Source: an uncultured Rhodospirillaceae bacterium (lineage in GTDB: Bacteria; Pseudomonadota; Alphaproteobacteria; Rhodospirillales; Magnetospirillaceae). From it: DNA of 64,000 bases. The stretch lies in contig CAIULK010000014.1 in NCBI GenBank assembly GCA_903899885.1, positions 18,362-82,361 on the forward strand. Direction: 5' to 3'. The notes beneath the pieces are model-generated. The model did not search any database and was not told where the DNA came from. It saw only the letters and a program-made list of their open reading frames with translations. The position numbers were made by a program, and so were the translations under genes. Positions 38,943 to 48,560 of this stretch are shown here, one piece after another. The first letter of the stretch is position 1, and each line of letters opens with the position of its first letter.

Positions 38943-40197
38943 GAGTGATCTCACCTTTCCCGGGATGCTCGCCGAACGGACGGGCGGCGGTTTCGAGCAC
39001 CTGAATCATTTCCTCCGCCTGACGCTGGCGCGTGTGCTGGGGCGCCGCGTTCAGGCTGGCGGCGGCCAAACCGGCGCGCAACGCCCCGTCGTCGGCCAGA
39101 CGTTCCGCCGCCTGGGCGAACGCGGGCGGATCCTCGGGCGGTACCCACAGCCCGGCGCCGTGCGTGGTCACGATCTCGGCCGCTTCGCCCATCGGGATCA
39201 CCGCCAGCAACGGCAGTCCCATCGCCATCGCCTCGAAAATCTTCGACGGAATCACCTCGGCGAACACCGGCGAATCGCGAAGATGGATCAAGGCCGCGTC
39301 GCACAGACTCCAGATTCGGCACATCTCGGCCTTGGGCTGCATCGGCATCATCACGACATTGGTCAGGCCGCGCCGCTCGCGCTCGTCGAGCAGCATCGGC
39401 CGCTCCGCGCCGTCGCCCACCAGCAAGAAGCGGATATCGTCGCGGTGGCGCAGCCGGCCGGCCGCGTTCAACACATTCGTCAGGCCGTGCGCCATGCCGT
39501 GGGTGCCGATATAACCGATGACGAATTTGCCGCTTAGGCCCCATTGGGCGGCCAACGCCTCGTCGCGCGGCGTCGGGCGATAGCGCGATAGGTCAACACC
39601 ATTGCGCACCACCGCGATCTTATCGGCCGGAATGCCCCGCCCGGTCAGATTGGTCTTGAAGGCCCGCGTCAACGCCACGATCGCCGCCGACCGGCGGTAC
39701 AAAAACAGCTCCAGCCCCTCCATTAGGCGCAGGCCGAAACTGGGACGCATGGCGCCGACCGCTATAATCGATGCGGGCCAGATGTCGCCCAGCTCGAACA
39801 CGAAGGGCCGCCGGAACCGCAAACCCAGCAGCCAACCAGCGACCGCCGCGAAAAACTGCGGCGACGTCGCCGCCACCACGTCGGGGCGCGGCAAAAACGC
39901 CCCGATGACCACCGCCATGACCATGAAGCTGAGAAAATCCAGCATCCGCAGTACCGTGCCGCGATTGGCCGCGATGAAGGTCTTGACCCGGATGACGCGC
40001 ACGCCGTCGCGCGTTTCCTCGCCGTACCAGTCGTTGCGGAAACCGTCGTGGATCTTGCCCTGGGGGAAGTTGGGAAACGAGGTGATCACCGTCACCCGAT
40101 GCCCCCACGCCGCCCAATAGGCGGCGCGCTCCGACACCCGGGTCGCCGCGGCGTTGGTTTCCGGAGGGTAATTGTCGGCAAGAAACAGAATATTCAT
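38932..40197 (-). CDS. Glycosyltransferase family 4 (WbuB/WcaI-like)
   Basis: DNYPPETNAAATR, FPNFPQG, ATSPQFF, IPSKIFEAMAMG. Confidence 0.9.
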   Translation of the reverse strand: MNILFLADNYPPETNAAATRVSERAAYWAAWGHRVTVITSFPNFPQGKIHDGFRNDWYGEETRDGVRVIRVKTFIAANRGTVLRMLDFLSFMVMAVVIGAFLPRPDVVAATSPQFFAAVAGWLLGLRFRRPFVFELGDIWPASIIAVGAMRPSFGLRLMEGLELFLYRRSAAIVALTRAFKTNLTGRGIPADKIAVVRNGVDLSRYRPTPRDEALAAQWGLSGKFVIGYIGTHGMAHGLTNVLNAAGRLRHRDDIRFLLVGDGAERPMLLDERERRGLTNVVMMPMQPKAEMCRIWSLCDAALIHLRDSPVFAEVIPSKIFEAMAMGLPLLAVIPMGEAAEIVTTHGAGLWVPPEDPPAFAQAAERLADDGALRAGLAAASLNAAPQHTRQRQAEEMIQVLETAARPFGEHPGKGEITHGE

Positions 40198-40328
40198 CGT
40201 CGGTCCAAACCGATTGCCACGCGTCTCCCCATGGGTATCATACCGGCACGGTCCATTGAAACCGGCCAATAAACGCGAAGACGGTGGCGCCCCCTTTCCC
40301 GGACGGCCACAAGATGGGGAATTGATCA

Positions 40329-42101
40329 ATGGCGACCACGTCGTCCGTCCGCAAAGCGGCATCCTTGTGCGTGGGCGCGCTGGGCGCGCTGGGGTTGGTT
40401 CTGCTCTGGGCGGTGCCGTTTTCCGTGCTGGCGGCGCTCGCCGATTCCCTGGCGGTGACCGGCCATTCCACTCTGTTCACCCCGGAATTGTTCGGCCATT
40501 TGCGCTCCGGCACGGCCCCGCTGTGCGCGGCGGCCCTGATCCTGGGCGCGGCCGGACTGGCCCTCGGCGCCCGGATCGATCCGTTCCTATCCGCCCTCGC
40601 CGCCGATCTGCGGCGAATGCTGGCCGACGGTGTAATCTCGTTCCGAAACAGGCTGCTGTCGGGACCCGATCGTTGGGGGATCGCCGCCGTGATCCTGACC
40701 GCGCTGGTCTTGCGGCTGTCGGTGCTTGGCCAGCCGATCCGAAATGATGAGGCGGTCAGCTATGTGGAGATCGCGGCGCGCTCGCTGCGCACGGTCCTCA
40801 TGGATCCGTGGAGCAAGTATCACGCCCTGAACAACATTCTGGTCTTCGTCTCCACCCGTCTGTTGGGCGATGCCGAGTGGGCGATCCGGCTTCCGGTGTT
40901 CCTGGCGGGAATGGCGGTGGTCGTTCTTACCATCTGGCTTGGGGCCAGCCGCTTCTCGCCGAGGACCGGGCTGGTCGGCGGCACGCTGGTGGGGGTGGCG
41001 TGGCCGATGGTGGAATATTCCGCCAATGCCCGTGGGTACATGTTGGGAACGGCCTTCATGCTGGCCTGCGCCCAGATGCTGCATTACGCCCGGGAACGCG
41101 ACAATCGGGCGGCGTGGATCGGGGGGGCCCTGGCGGCGGCCGTGTCGATTTTCAGCGTTCCCACCATGGTCGTTCCGCTGTTGGGCGTTGCACTTTGGCT
41201 GATCGGACTGACGGCGATCGAACGCAAGCCGTCCTTCGGCCGGCTGCTGCGGCGCGCGGTTCCAGCCGCGTTCATCGCGGCCGCCGCGACGCTGATCTTG
41301 TATTTTCCCTACTGGGTCATCGAAGGCCCGCGCAGCTTGTTCGTCACCCCGTCCATGTTGCTGCCCTCGCCCGACGCGACGTTCTTCACGGCCTGGTCCG
41401 AAATGCTGGGTGCCTTTCGGCTGATATGCGATTTCGCGCTCTCCACGCCCGTCCTGGCGGGAGCGTGCGTCTTGGCGCTGATCGGCATCATCACCGCACC
41501 GGAGGCGGCGGCTCTGTTCGCCGGACATCTGATCGCGGCGACCGCCTTTTTGTTTCTCACGCATTTCGGCCCCATTGTGGCGCGGATCTACATTCCCTTC
41601 TTTCCGTTCTTCGCCCTGCTGGCCGGCCGCGGCGTTTCGCGGCTGGAGCGGGTGTCGCATCGATCGACACCGGTCCTCGCGCTCTTGGTTCTGATGGCGG
41701 CGGGTGCCGCCGGGTGGAACAGTCTGGACCTTCCCGAGCGCCTTCAACAGGACCCGATCGGGGCCGTGCGGGACGCGCGCTGCCGGGCCGCGGAGATTCT
41801 GGACCGCCTGGAACCTGGAGACGGTGTCGTCGGAACTGGGCTGAACGCGCCGCTGATCTACGATCTGATCCGGGAGGGGAGAAAACGGGGCCGCCTCATG
41901 GTTCACGGCACCGCCCCGCTTCCCGAAACGCAGGATTACGGCATGGTCCAGGAGTGTCCAGCCGCCACATGCGCCGCCCAGCCTCGCGGCTATATCTTCG
42001 TGACGTCGAACAATTCGGATACCGTGCCGCCGCTTTTGGCCCAACTTCCGATCCGGCTGGTCCTGCCGTTCACTCACTGCGCCAAGGGGATCGTCCGGTG
42101 A
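40329..42101 (+). CDS. GT-C-fold glycosyltransferase (ArnT/GT39, PMT_2-like)
   Basis: RNDEAVSY, EWAIRLP, YSANARGY motifs. Confidence 0.8.
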   Translation: MATTSSVRKAASLCVGALGALGLVLLWAVPFSVLAALADSLAVTGHSTLFTPELFGHLRSGTAPLCAAALILGAAGLALGARIDPFLSALAADLRRMLADGVISFRNRLLSGPDRWGIAAVILTALVLRLSVLGQPIRNDEAVSYVEIAARSLRTVLMDPWSKYHALNNILVFVSTRLLGDAEWAIRLPVFLAGMAVVVLTIWLGASRFSPRTGLVGGTLVGVAWPMVEYSANARGYMLGTAFMLACAQMLHYARERDNRAAWIGGALAAAVSIFSVPTMVVPLLGVALWLIGLTAIERKPSFGRLLRRAVPAAFIAAAATLILYFPYWVIEGPRSLFVTPSMLLPSPDATFFTAWSEMLGAFRLICDFALSTPVLAGACVLALIGIITAPEAAALFAGHLIAATAFLFLTHFGPIVARIYIPFFPFFALLAGRGVSRLERVSHRSTPVLALLVLMAAGAAGWNSLDLPERLQQDPIGAVRDARCRAAEILDRLEPGDGVVGTGLNAPLIYDLIREGRKRGRLMVHGTAPLPETQDYGMVQECPAATCAAQPRGYIFVTSNNSDTVPPLLAQLPIRLVLPFTHCAKGIVR

Positions 42102-42126
42102 TTTTTGATGGGGGGGATCTTTCGGC

Positions 42127-42933
42127 ATGTCGTTGATCGAACTCGACGATGCGATTATTTACGCCGGACACGATCTGGAGATTCTGTCCGAGGCGCCCTA
42201 TTACCATGCCTGGATCGTCGATTACTTCCTGCCCTATCTGCGCGGCCATGTGGTGGAAATCGGCGCGGGAACCGGGTCGATGTCGGTTCGTCTGGCGCCG
42301 CTGGCCGAGCGCTTGGACGTGATTGAGCCGTCCGCCAATCTGATTCCGGTTCTGGAACACCGGTTGGCCGCCCACCCCCACGCACGGGTCAGCCGGGGAC
42401 TGTTGTTCGACGATTTGGTCCGCCGTCCCGATAATTCGGTTGACGCGGTGGTGTTGATCAACGTGCTGGAACATATCGACGATGACGATGCGGCTCTTGC
42501 CGAAATCGCCCGGGTGTTGGTCCCCGGAGGTCATCTGCTGCTGTACGTTCCGGCGCTACCGATGCTGATGAGCAATCTCGACCGGGTGCATGGGCATTTT
42601 CGCCGCTATATGCGACGGAGCCTGACCGCCAAGGTCGGTCTGGCTGGTCTTGTTCCCCTGGACACCCGCTATATGGATTTGCCGGGCGTCCCGGCATGGC
42701 TGCTGTTGAATACCTGGGGCGGCAAGGTGACGTTCAACCCGCGTCTGATCCGTGTTTACGACCGGCTGGTCGTGCCGCTGGCCCGGCGCTTGGAAAGCTT
42801 GATCCCCCCCCCGATCGGCAAGAACCTGATCATGGTCGCCGAAAAAGTGATGGATTCAGCTTTTCGCCAGCATCCGGAAGAAGACCTTGATGAAAACTGG
42901 CAGGTCACTCTTGAAGGAACGGATCGGACTTAG
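42127..42933 (+). CDS. Class I SAM-dependent methyltransferase
   Basis: VVEIGAGTG, INVLEHIDDD, VPA...D...GHFRRY, GKNL. Confidence 0.88.
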   Translation: MSLIELDDAIIYAGHDLEILSEAPYYHAWIVDYFLPYLRGHVVEIGAGTGSMSVRLAPLAERLDVIEPSANLIPVLEHRLAAHPHARVSRGLLFDDLVRRPDNSVDAVVLINVLEHIDDDDAALAEIARVLVPGGHLLLYVPALPMLMSNLDRVHGHFRRYMRRSLTAKVGLAGLVPLDTRYMDLPGVPAWLLLNTWGGKVTFNPRLIRVYDRLVVPLARRLESLIPPPIGKNLIMVAEKVMDSAFRQHPEEDLDENWQVTLEGTDRT

Positions 42934-44310
42934 CTTTATCTTAAGGCAGTATCCATACCATAAATAATACAGCACAGAATAAAACGACGTAAGCGGAAGG
43001 CTACACAGAAAATCGACATGCTTTCTAAGGAACGGAAAACGCACGATAATTCCAAAAAGTTTATGAAGATTTTCTATACGGCGTTTTTCCATGTCCGATG
43101 AAAATTTTAGAACGGATGTTTTCTTGTTCGTCTCCAAGAACGGTACGGTTCCCGTCATGTGGCCGGATTGGCGGGCGGCGGCTTCGATCCCGGTGCCGGG
43201 ATAGGGATAAAGAATCGACGACCAGCCGAACGCGGGCCGGATCGCGATATTCAGATCCAATGTTTTCAGATCGGTCACATAGGCGTCGGCGACCGGCAAA
43301 CCCACCAAATTCTGCGTGATCAACCGGACGCCGTTGTCCGCCAGAACGCGGGCGGCATTGCGGATTTGACCATTGGTCAGTCCGCGTTTCAGCAGATGAT
43401 TGGCGGCCTCCTCGTCGCCGCATTCGACACCCATCCAGGTGAACCGCAACCCCGCGTCCTTCAGCATCCGGATGGTTTCATCCCGCACCACGTTGGCTCG
43501 CACCGTGCACGAAAACGGCACCCCGATCTCGCGCTTGAACAGGGTGGCGAATTCCTCCAGCCATCCGGGCGGTTTCAGCAAGAAGAGGTCGTCGATGAAA
43601 TAGACGTGATCCAAGGGATAGCGGTCCTTGACCCAGCGGACTTCCTCCACCACCCGTCTCGGCGAATGGGTCCGCACCACCTTGCCCTTGTTTTTGTAGG
43701 TCGCGTTGTAGGTGGAATTGAAGCAGTAGGTGCAGTGATACGGGCACCCCCGGGCGGTCATGAAATGTTTGGTGCCGATACGCGCCAGTTCGGGATCGGC
43801 GTCGTACAAAACGGTCCGATCCGGAAGCGGCAGGCTGTCCATCTCGGCGACGAGCGGGCGAATCTCGTTTTTGAAAATCCGGCCGTCGTGCTTCACATGA
43901 AAGTTAGGGGTCAGCCAAAACGGCTCGCCGGCCCCCAGGCGCGAGCAGAATTCCGGAAAGGCCTCGTCCCCCTCCCCGATGCAGATGGCATCGACGCCCT
44001 CTTCCTCGATCATTTGCGGAAAAAAAGTGGGATGCGCGCCGCCGAATACCGCCACGAAGTCGTTTTCGGCCTTCAGGTCGCGATTCAAGGCCGCCAGCGC
44101 GGTATGCTCGCCGGTCATGGCGGTATAACCGACGACGTCGGGCTTGACCTCGCGCACCTTGCGCAACAGGTCGCCGGGTTCATGGTGCCCCGCCACGATC
44201 AACGATACCGTGTGGCCCCGCGCTTTCAGCCCGGCGCTTAACGCCAGCACCCCGATTCGTTCGTAGGCTATGGAATCCCGAACGAGGATCAACACTCGGA
44301 TGCCGGTCAT
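42856..44310 (-). CDS. B12-binding radical SAM protein (class B methyltransferase-like)
   Basis: FGGAHPTFFP..IGEGD; TARGCPYHCTYCFN; FIDDLF; GVECG; PYPGT. Confidence 0.9.
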   Translation of the reverse strand: MTGIRVLILVRDSIAYERIGVLALSAGLKARGHTVSLIVAGHHEPGDLLRKVREVKPDVVGYTAMTGEHTALAALNRDLKAENDFVAVFGGAHPTFFPQMIEEEGVDAICIGEGDEAFPEFCSRLGAGEPFWLTPNFHVKHDGRIFKNEIRPLVAEMDSLPLPDRTVLYDADPELARIGTKHFMTARGCPYHCTYCFNSTYNATYKNKGKVVRTHSPRRVVEEVRWVKDRYPLDHVYFIDDLFLLKPPGWLEEFATLFKREIGVPFSCTVRANVVRDETIRMLKDAGLRFTWMGVECGDEEAANHLLKRGLTNGQIRNAARVLADNGVRLITQNLVGLPVADAYVTDLKTLDLNIAIRPAFGWSSILYPYPGTGIEAAARQSGHMTGTVPFLETNKKTSVLKFSSDMEKRRIENLHKLFGIIVRFPFLRKHVDFLCSLPLTSFYSVLYYLWYGYCLKIKLSPIRSFKSDLPVFIKVFFRMLAKS

Positions 44311-44327
44311 CTTTCCTATCCGTTGCC

Positions 44328-45680
44328 CTATCCCGGCGGGGCGGGGGGCGTTCCGCTGGCGGCCTCGGCCTCCATCCGGCCCATCGCGCCCAGCAGTTCA
44401 TAGGATGCCGCCACCATGTCGTAATAAGCGCCGAGATAGTTGATGCGGGCGTCGTTGATCTTGATTTCGCTGTCGAGAACCTCGGTGATGGTGGCCTTGC
44501 CCGCTTCGTGACGCTCGCGCATCGCCTTCCACAGCGCCTCGGCCAGATTGGCGGCGTTGTTGAGCAGCCCCATCCGCTCGCGGGCGGTCGATAGCTTGTA
44601 CCATGAGGTCCGGGTCAGCTCGAACACCTTGCGCCCGGCATAGACGTGATTGTCCAGGCTGGCGCCATGTTCGTGGGCGGCCTGCTTGACCAGCGATTGG
44701 GTTTTGAAGCCCGAGAATATTTCCCAATTGGCGGCCACCAACACCGACATGTCGCGCTTCAGCCCGGTGACGGCGTCGTTGCCGTCATTGTAGGCGGCGT
44801 GCCCGACCAGATCGAGCGTGGGATACCACCCCGCCTCGGCGCCTCGGCGTTTTTGGCCAGTCAGTTCGACATTGTCGCGGGCGGTTTCGATCGATGGATT
44901 TTCCTTGTCGGCAACGGCCAGGGCCTCGTCGATCGTCTTGGGAAGCAGGGCTTCGGGCAGGGGCGGCTCGGCCAGGGCGGCCAAATCGGGGGCATGGCCG
45001 AAAACCTGGGTGTATTTGGCGACGGCGGCCTGAAACTCGCCCTCGTAACGCACGCGGGCCTCCTTGGCGGTTTGCAGCCGCTGCTTGGCGGCCAAGACGT
45101 CCGAGGCCAGACCGGCGCCCTTTTCGACCCGTTCGTCTTCCAACTGAAGCTGCTCTTGAACCTTGCGCTCGCTTTCATGGGCAAGGTCGATCATCCGGGT
45201 TGCCTTGAGCACCGACACATAGGCGGTCACCCCTTCGAGCATGACGTTCTGGCGGGTGGTGCGCAGATCGGCATCCGAAATGTCGCGGCTAACCTCGGCG
45301 GCCGACACGGCCGCCTGGGTGGCCTCGCCGTCGTAAAGATGCTGGGTGACGGTCAGCCCGCTGGTTTCGCGGTTACGGAAATAGGGTTGGCCTTGGTTCT
45401 CGCGCCGATCCTGGCTATCGACATATTGCGGCCCGACGTCGCCGTTCAATTTGACGGTCGGCAGAAAGCCAGCGCGGGCGGCGCCAATACCCTCGGCCGC
45501 GGCCGAGACCGATTTGGCCTTGGATTGAATTTGCGGATGATCGGTAAGAAGGTTTTGCAGCTCGTCACCCAGGGATTGGGCATGGGACGGCGACGCGCAA
45601 AGACATGCCGCGACACACACCGCCCATCGGATTTTGGAATCCCGCCGAGCCAAAGAAACGCCCCTTCGCAAGTTCGACAA
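44328..45680 (-). CDS. TolC-family outer membrane efflux/type I secretion protein (start uncertain)
   Basis: Signal peptide; duplicated OEP repeat (AGFLPTVKL / AGWYPTLDL; QHLYDG / WEIFSG). Confidence 0.88.
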   Translation of the reverse strand: MSNLRRGVSLARRDSKIRWAVCVAACLCASPSHAQSLGDELQNLLTDHPQIQSKAKSVSAAAEGIGAARAGFLPTVKLNGDVGPQYVDSQDRRENQGQPYFRNRETSGLTVTQHLYDGEATQAAVSAAEVSRDISDADLRTTRQNVMLEGVTAYVSVLKATRMIDLAHESERKVQEQLQLEDERVEKGAGLASDVLAAKQRLQTAKEARVRYEGEFQAAVAKYTQVFGHAPDLAALAEPPLPEALLPKTIDEALAVADKENPSIETARDNVELTGQKRRGAEAGWYPTLDLVGHAAYNDGNDAVTGLKRDMSVLVAANWEIFSGFKTQSLVKQAAHEHGASLDNHVYAGRKVFELTRTSWYKLSTARERMGLLNNAANLAEALWKAMRERHEAGKATITEVLDSEIKINDARINYLGAYYDMVAASYELLGAMGRMEAEAASGTPPAPPG

Positions 45681-45746
45681 ACAACCTTTCAGGAAAGGGT
45701 ATACTGCGAAAGTTAACGAAGGAAAAGCAAATCCCCCCCGGCGGGA

Positions 45747-47561
45747 TTATTCCCTCCCCCTAATCGGGGGCATGTTCTGCCCCTTCCCGGCCGATATTGT
45801 TCCGTCCTTGCCCGAAAACGCCGCATGAACCATCCGCGCCCAGCCGCGTAAATCACGCCCGCCCGCGATCCATTGCGAAACGGGGGTGAAAAAGCCGGTT
45901 TTGCGCCGCGTCCGCATCTCCTCGGGGACAAGGGCGGCGGCGCACGCGGCCATGTCGCTTTTGGAAGGCGGGCGAGGCCCGGCCAGCATCGGTGCCAAGG
46001 TCCGATACAAGACGGAATCGACCAGCGGCACCCGGATCTCCAGGGAGTGGCTCATTCCGGCCCAGTCCGCGTCTCGTAATAGCTGATTGCGCATGTAGAA
46101 GCTGGTTTCGAGCCGGGTCACGGCGAGCCGGCCCGAAGGCAAGCCGGACACCGCTTTGGTCAAACGTTCGCGCATCGCCAACCGCGCCCAACCGGTCCGG
46201 ACAAGATCGGCGTCCAGAACGCCGGGCAGTTCCCACGGCATCATCAGACCGCGCCGCAATAGATAGGCGTCGCCGGTACGGGTGCCCAATTCCAGGAGCC
46301 CAGCCATCTTGGGCGACGCGAAGCGCCCGATCCATCCGGCGGTCACCATCCGCAATCCCCGTCCCAGCGCGGGCACGCGCCCGAACGGCCTGAGCATCCG
46401 CGCAAGACGGGGCACCTGACGGAAGGTGTCGTAACCGGCGAACAGTTCATCGCCGCCCAGCCCGGACAGCACCGCCTTCAGTCCCGTCCGGGCGGCGGCT
46501 TGCGATACGAACCATGTGTTGACGCCGTCGATGCTGGGTTGATCCATCGCGGCCAAGATATCGTTTCGAGCGGCGGCGAAATCAGCGGCGGCGATTGTGG
46601 TGGTGACATGCTCCGAGCCGATCCGCCGCGCCATGGCCTCGGCCAGCGGAGCCTCGTCGCAAGGCCCGCCGCGAAATTCGTCGAAGGCCAGGGTGATGGT
46701 CCTGGGCGGACGACCGGCCAAGGCGCCGATGGTGGCGGAATCCAGACCGCCCGATAGGAACAGCCCCACCGGCACGTCCGCCGTCAAATGACGGGCGACG
46801 CTGTCGGCCAAGGCCGCGCGCAGACGGTCCGGATCGAACGGCTGGGGCGCCGCCGCCGCCTCGACCAGCAGCGCGCCGAGATCGAAGAAACACTCCTCGC
46901 GGCGGGTTCCATCCGCGCCGATCCACAGCGTCGAGCCCGGCGGCAGCGCGGTGATGCCGCGATACAGCGTGAACGGCTCGGCGACATGGCCTAACAGGAA
47001 GAACGAGACATGCCCGGCGGGCTCGGGCGCGGTATCGACGGCGCCGCCCGCCAGCAGCGCCTTGACCTGCGACGCCACCCGCAGCGTCCGCCCGTCATCG
47101 GCGAGATAAAGCGGCTTGATGCCGAAAGGATCGCGGGCCAGCAACAGCCCCCGCCGCTCACCATCCCACAGCGCGAAGGCGAACATTCCGCGCAGACGGC
47201 CGACCATGGCGCTGCCATGCCGACGATACAGCGCGAGGATTACCTCGGTATCGCTTTGCGAGCGAAAGGGTATTCCGTCCTGCTCCAACTCTTGGCGCAG
47301 CTCGGCGAAGTTGTAGATCTCGCCGTTGAAGACCACGACATGTCTTCCGTCGGCACTTGCCATGGGTTGGGCGCCGAGCACGCTGGTATCGATGATCGAT
47401 AGCCGCCGATGGGCGAGCCCCACCCGCCCGTGATCGAGAAGAAGGCTACCGGCGCCATCGGGCCCGCGCGGGCGCATGGCGTCGCGGACCGTATCCAATT
47501 CGCCGGGGCTGACGGGCGGGGCATCCGGTCGGTAAGCGAAGATCGCGGCCAATCCGCACAT
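45747..47561 (-). CDS. asnB: Second AsnB-family amidotransferase
   Basis: MCGL, PRGPD, AHRRLSIID, FNGEIYNF, LSGGLDS, GLGGDELFAGY, NQLLRDADWAGMSHSLEIRVP. Confidence 0.9.
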   Translation of the reverse strand: MCGLAAIFAYRPDAPPVSPGELDTVRDAMRPRGPDGAGSLLLDHGRVGLAHRRLSIIDTSVLGAQPMASADGRHVVVFNGEIYNFAELRQELEQDGIPFRSQSDTEVILALYRRHGSAMVGRLRGMFAFALWDGERRGLLLARDPFGIKPLYLADDGRTLRVASQVKALLAGGAVDTAPEPAGHVSFFLLGHVAEPFTLYRGITALPPGSTLWIGADGTRREECFFDLGALLVEAAAAPQPFDPDRLRAALADSVARHLTADVPVGLFLSGGLDSATIGALAGRPPRTITLAFDEFRGGPCDEAPLAEAMARRIGSEHVTTTIAAADFAAARNDILAAMDQPSIDGVNTWFVSQAAARTGLKAVLSGLGGDELFAGYDTFRQVPRLARMLRPFGRVPALGRGLRMVTAGWIGRFASPKMAGLLELGTRTGDAYLLRRGLMMPWELPGVLDADLVRTGWARLAMRERLTKAVSGLPSGRLAVTRLETSFYMRNQLLRDADWAGMSHSLEIRVPLVDSVLYRTLAPMLAGPRPPSKSDMAACAAALVPEEMRTRRKTGFFTPVSQWIAGGRDLRGWARMVHAAFSGKDGTISAGKGQNMPPIRGRE

Positions 47562-47595
47562 GAGCGGTCCTTGCGTTCGTCCGGAAAACGCGAAT

Positions 47596-48207
47596 TCACG
47601 CCTCGGCGCGGACCCGCTGGATCAAATAAGCCCCGACCAAGTGATCGATCACCATGTGCATATCCTCGACCGGGCCGTATTCGCCCTTGTCCGTGCCGAT
47701 ATGGATGATGACATCGCCCAGGGCCGCCGCCTTCCCGCCGTCGAAGCCGGTCAACGCCACGGTCGGATTACCGCGCGCGCGCGCGAATTCCAGCGCCTTG
47801 ACGATATTGGGCGAATTCCCCGACGCCGAAAGCGCCACCACCATGTCGCCCGGTTCCAGCAACACCTGAAGCTGTCGGACGAAAATCTGGTCGTAGCCAT
47901 CGTCATTGGCGATCGCGGTGATCACCGCGATATTGTCGCCCAGGCTGACCGCCTTGAAGGGCCGGTCGCCGGCGCGGGTGCCGATGGCGATGTCGTTGGC
48001 GAAGTGCGAGGCGGTGGCGGCGCTGCCGCCGTTGCCGCAAAAAAAGATATGCCGCCCCGCCGCCCGAGCCTCCAGCAGCAATTCGATGAATCGGCCGACC
48101 GCCGGGATATCCAGTGCGGCCAACAGGTCGCGCAGATGCTCGACATAACCGGCGGCGAAACCGGACGGATCGGAGTGGCGGGCGAAAAGGGCATCAAGCG
48201 GATTCAT
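47596..48207 (-). CDS. gmhA: SIS-domain phosphoheptose isomerase (sedoheptulose-7-phosphate isomerase-like)
   Basis: CGNGGSAATASHF, TAIANDDGYDQIF, SASGNSPN, TGFDGG, VEDMH. Confidence 0.85.
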   Translation of the reverse strand: MNPLDALFARHSDPSGFAAGYVEHLRDLLAALDIPAVGRFIELLLEARAAGRHIFFCGNGGSAATASHFANDIAIGTRAGDRPFKAVSLGDNIAVITAIANDDGYDQIFVRQLQVLLEPGDMVVALSASGNSPNIVKALEFARARGNPTVALTGFDGGKAAALGDVIIHIGTDKGEYGPVEDMHMVIDHLVGAYLIQRVRAEA

Positions 48208-48210
48208 CGG

Positions 48211-48236
48211 AAAAAAGGCGGGGATTCCTCCCCGCC
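48211..48236 (-). terminator. Intrinsic terminator after the small lipoprotein gene
   Basis: Minus strand GGCGGGGA-GGAA-TCCCCGCC followed by T6, 9 nt after the stop at 48245. Confidence 0.75.
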
Positions 48237-48244
48237 CGTTCGCT

Positions 48245-48451
48245 TTACATGGCCGGCTTCGGCTTGTTCCACGAGCAATTCGCCTTCGAGGCGCGCGGGT
48301 CGCCATAGGTGCCGTCGGCGTTGGCTTGCTGGGTGAAGGAAACCGACCCGTCAGGCATGCACACCGGATCGAGGAACGAGCCTTGAGGTTCGGCCCGGCC
48401 GGAGCAGGCCGCGAGAAGCAGGGCAAAACCCAGCGCGGTGACGATTTTCAT
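48245..48451 (-). CDS. Small lipoprotein, 68 aa
   Basis: Lipobox LAAC; GGGAGA RBS; two further Cys; own terminator. Confidence 0.8.
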   Translation of the reverse strand: MKIVTALGFALLLAACSGRAEPQGSFLDPVCMPDGSVSFTQQANADGTYGDPRASKANCSWNKPKPAM

Positions 48452-48560
48452 GAGTCAATCTCCCTGACAGAAATGAAGCTTACGAGTTGTTAATTCTGCC
48501 AGAGCGGCGGAATTTGTCCAGAGTGGACTCCGCCACCGCTAGCCGCCGGACCTCATCCGC

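Noticed and set aside
44328..45680. Complete type I secretion system
   Set aside because: No HlyD adaptor or RTX cargo seen in the window; the ABC protein at 826 sits in a glycan context.
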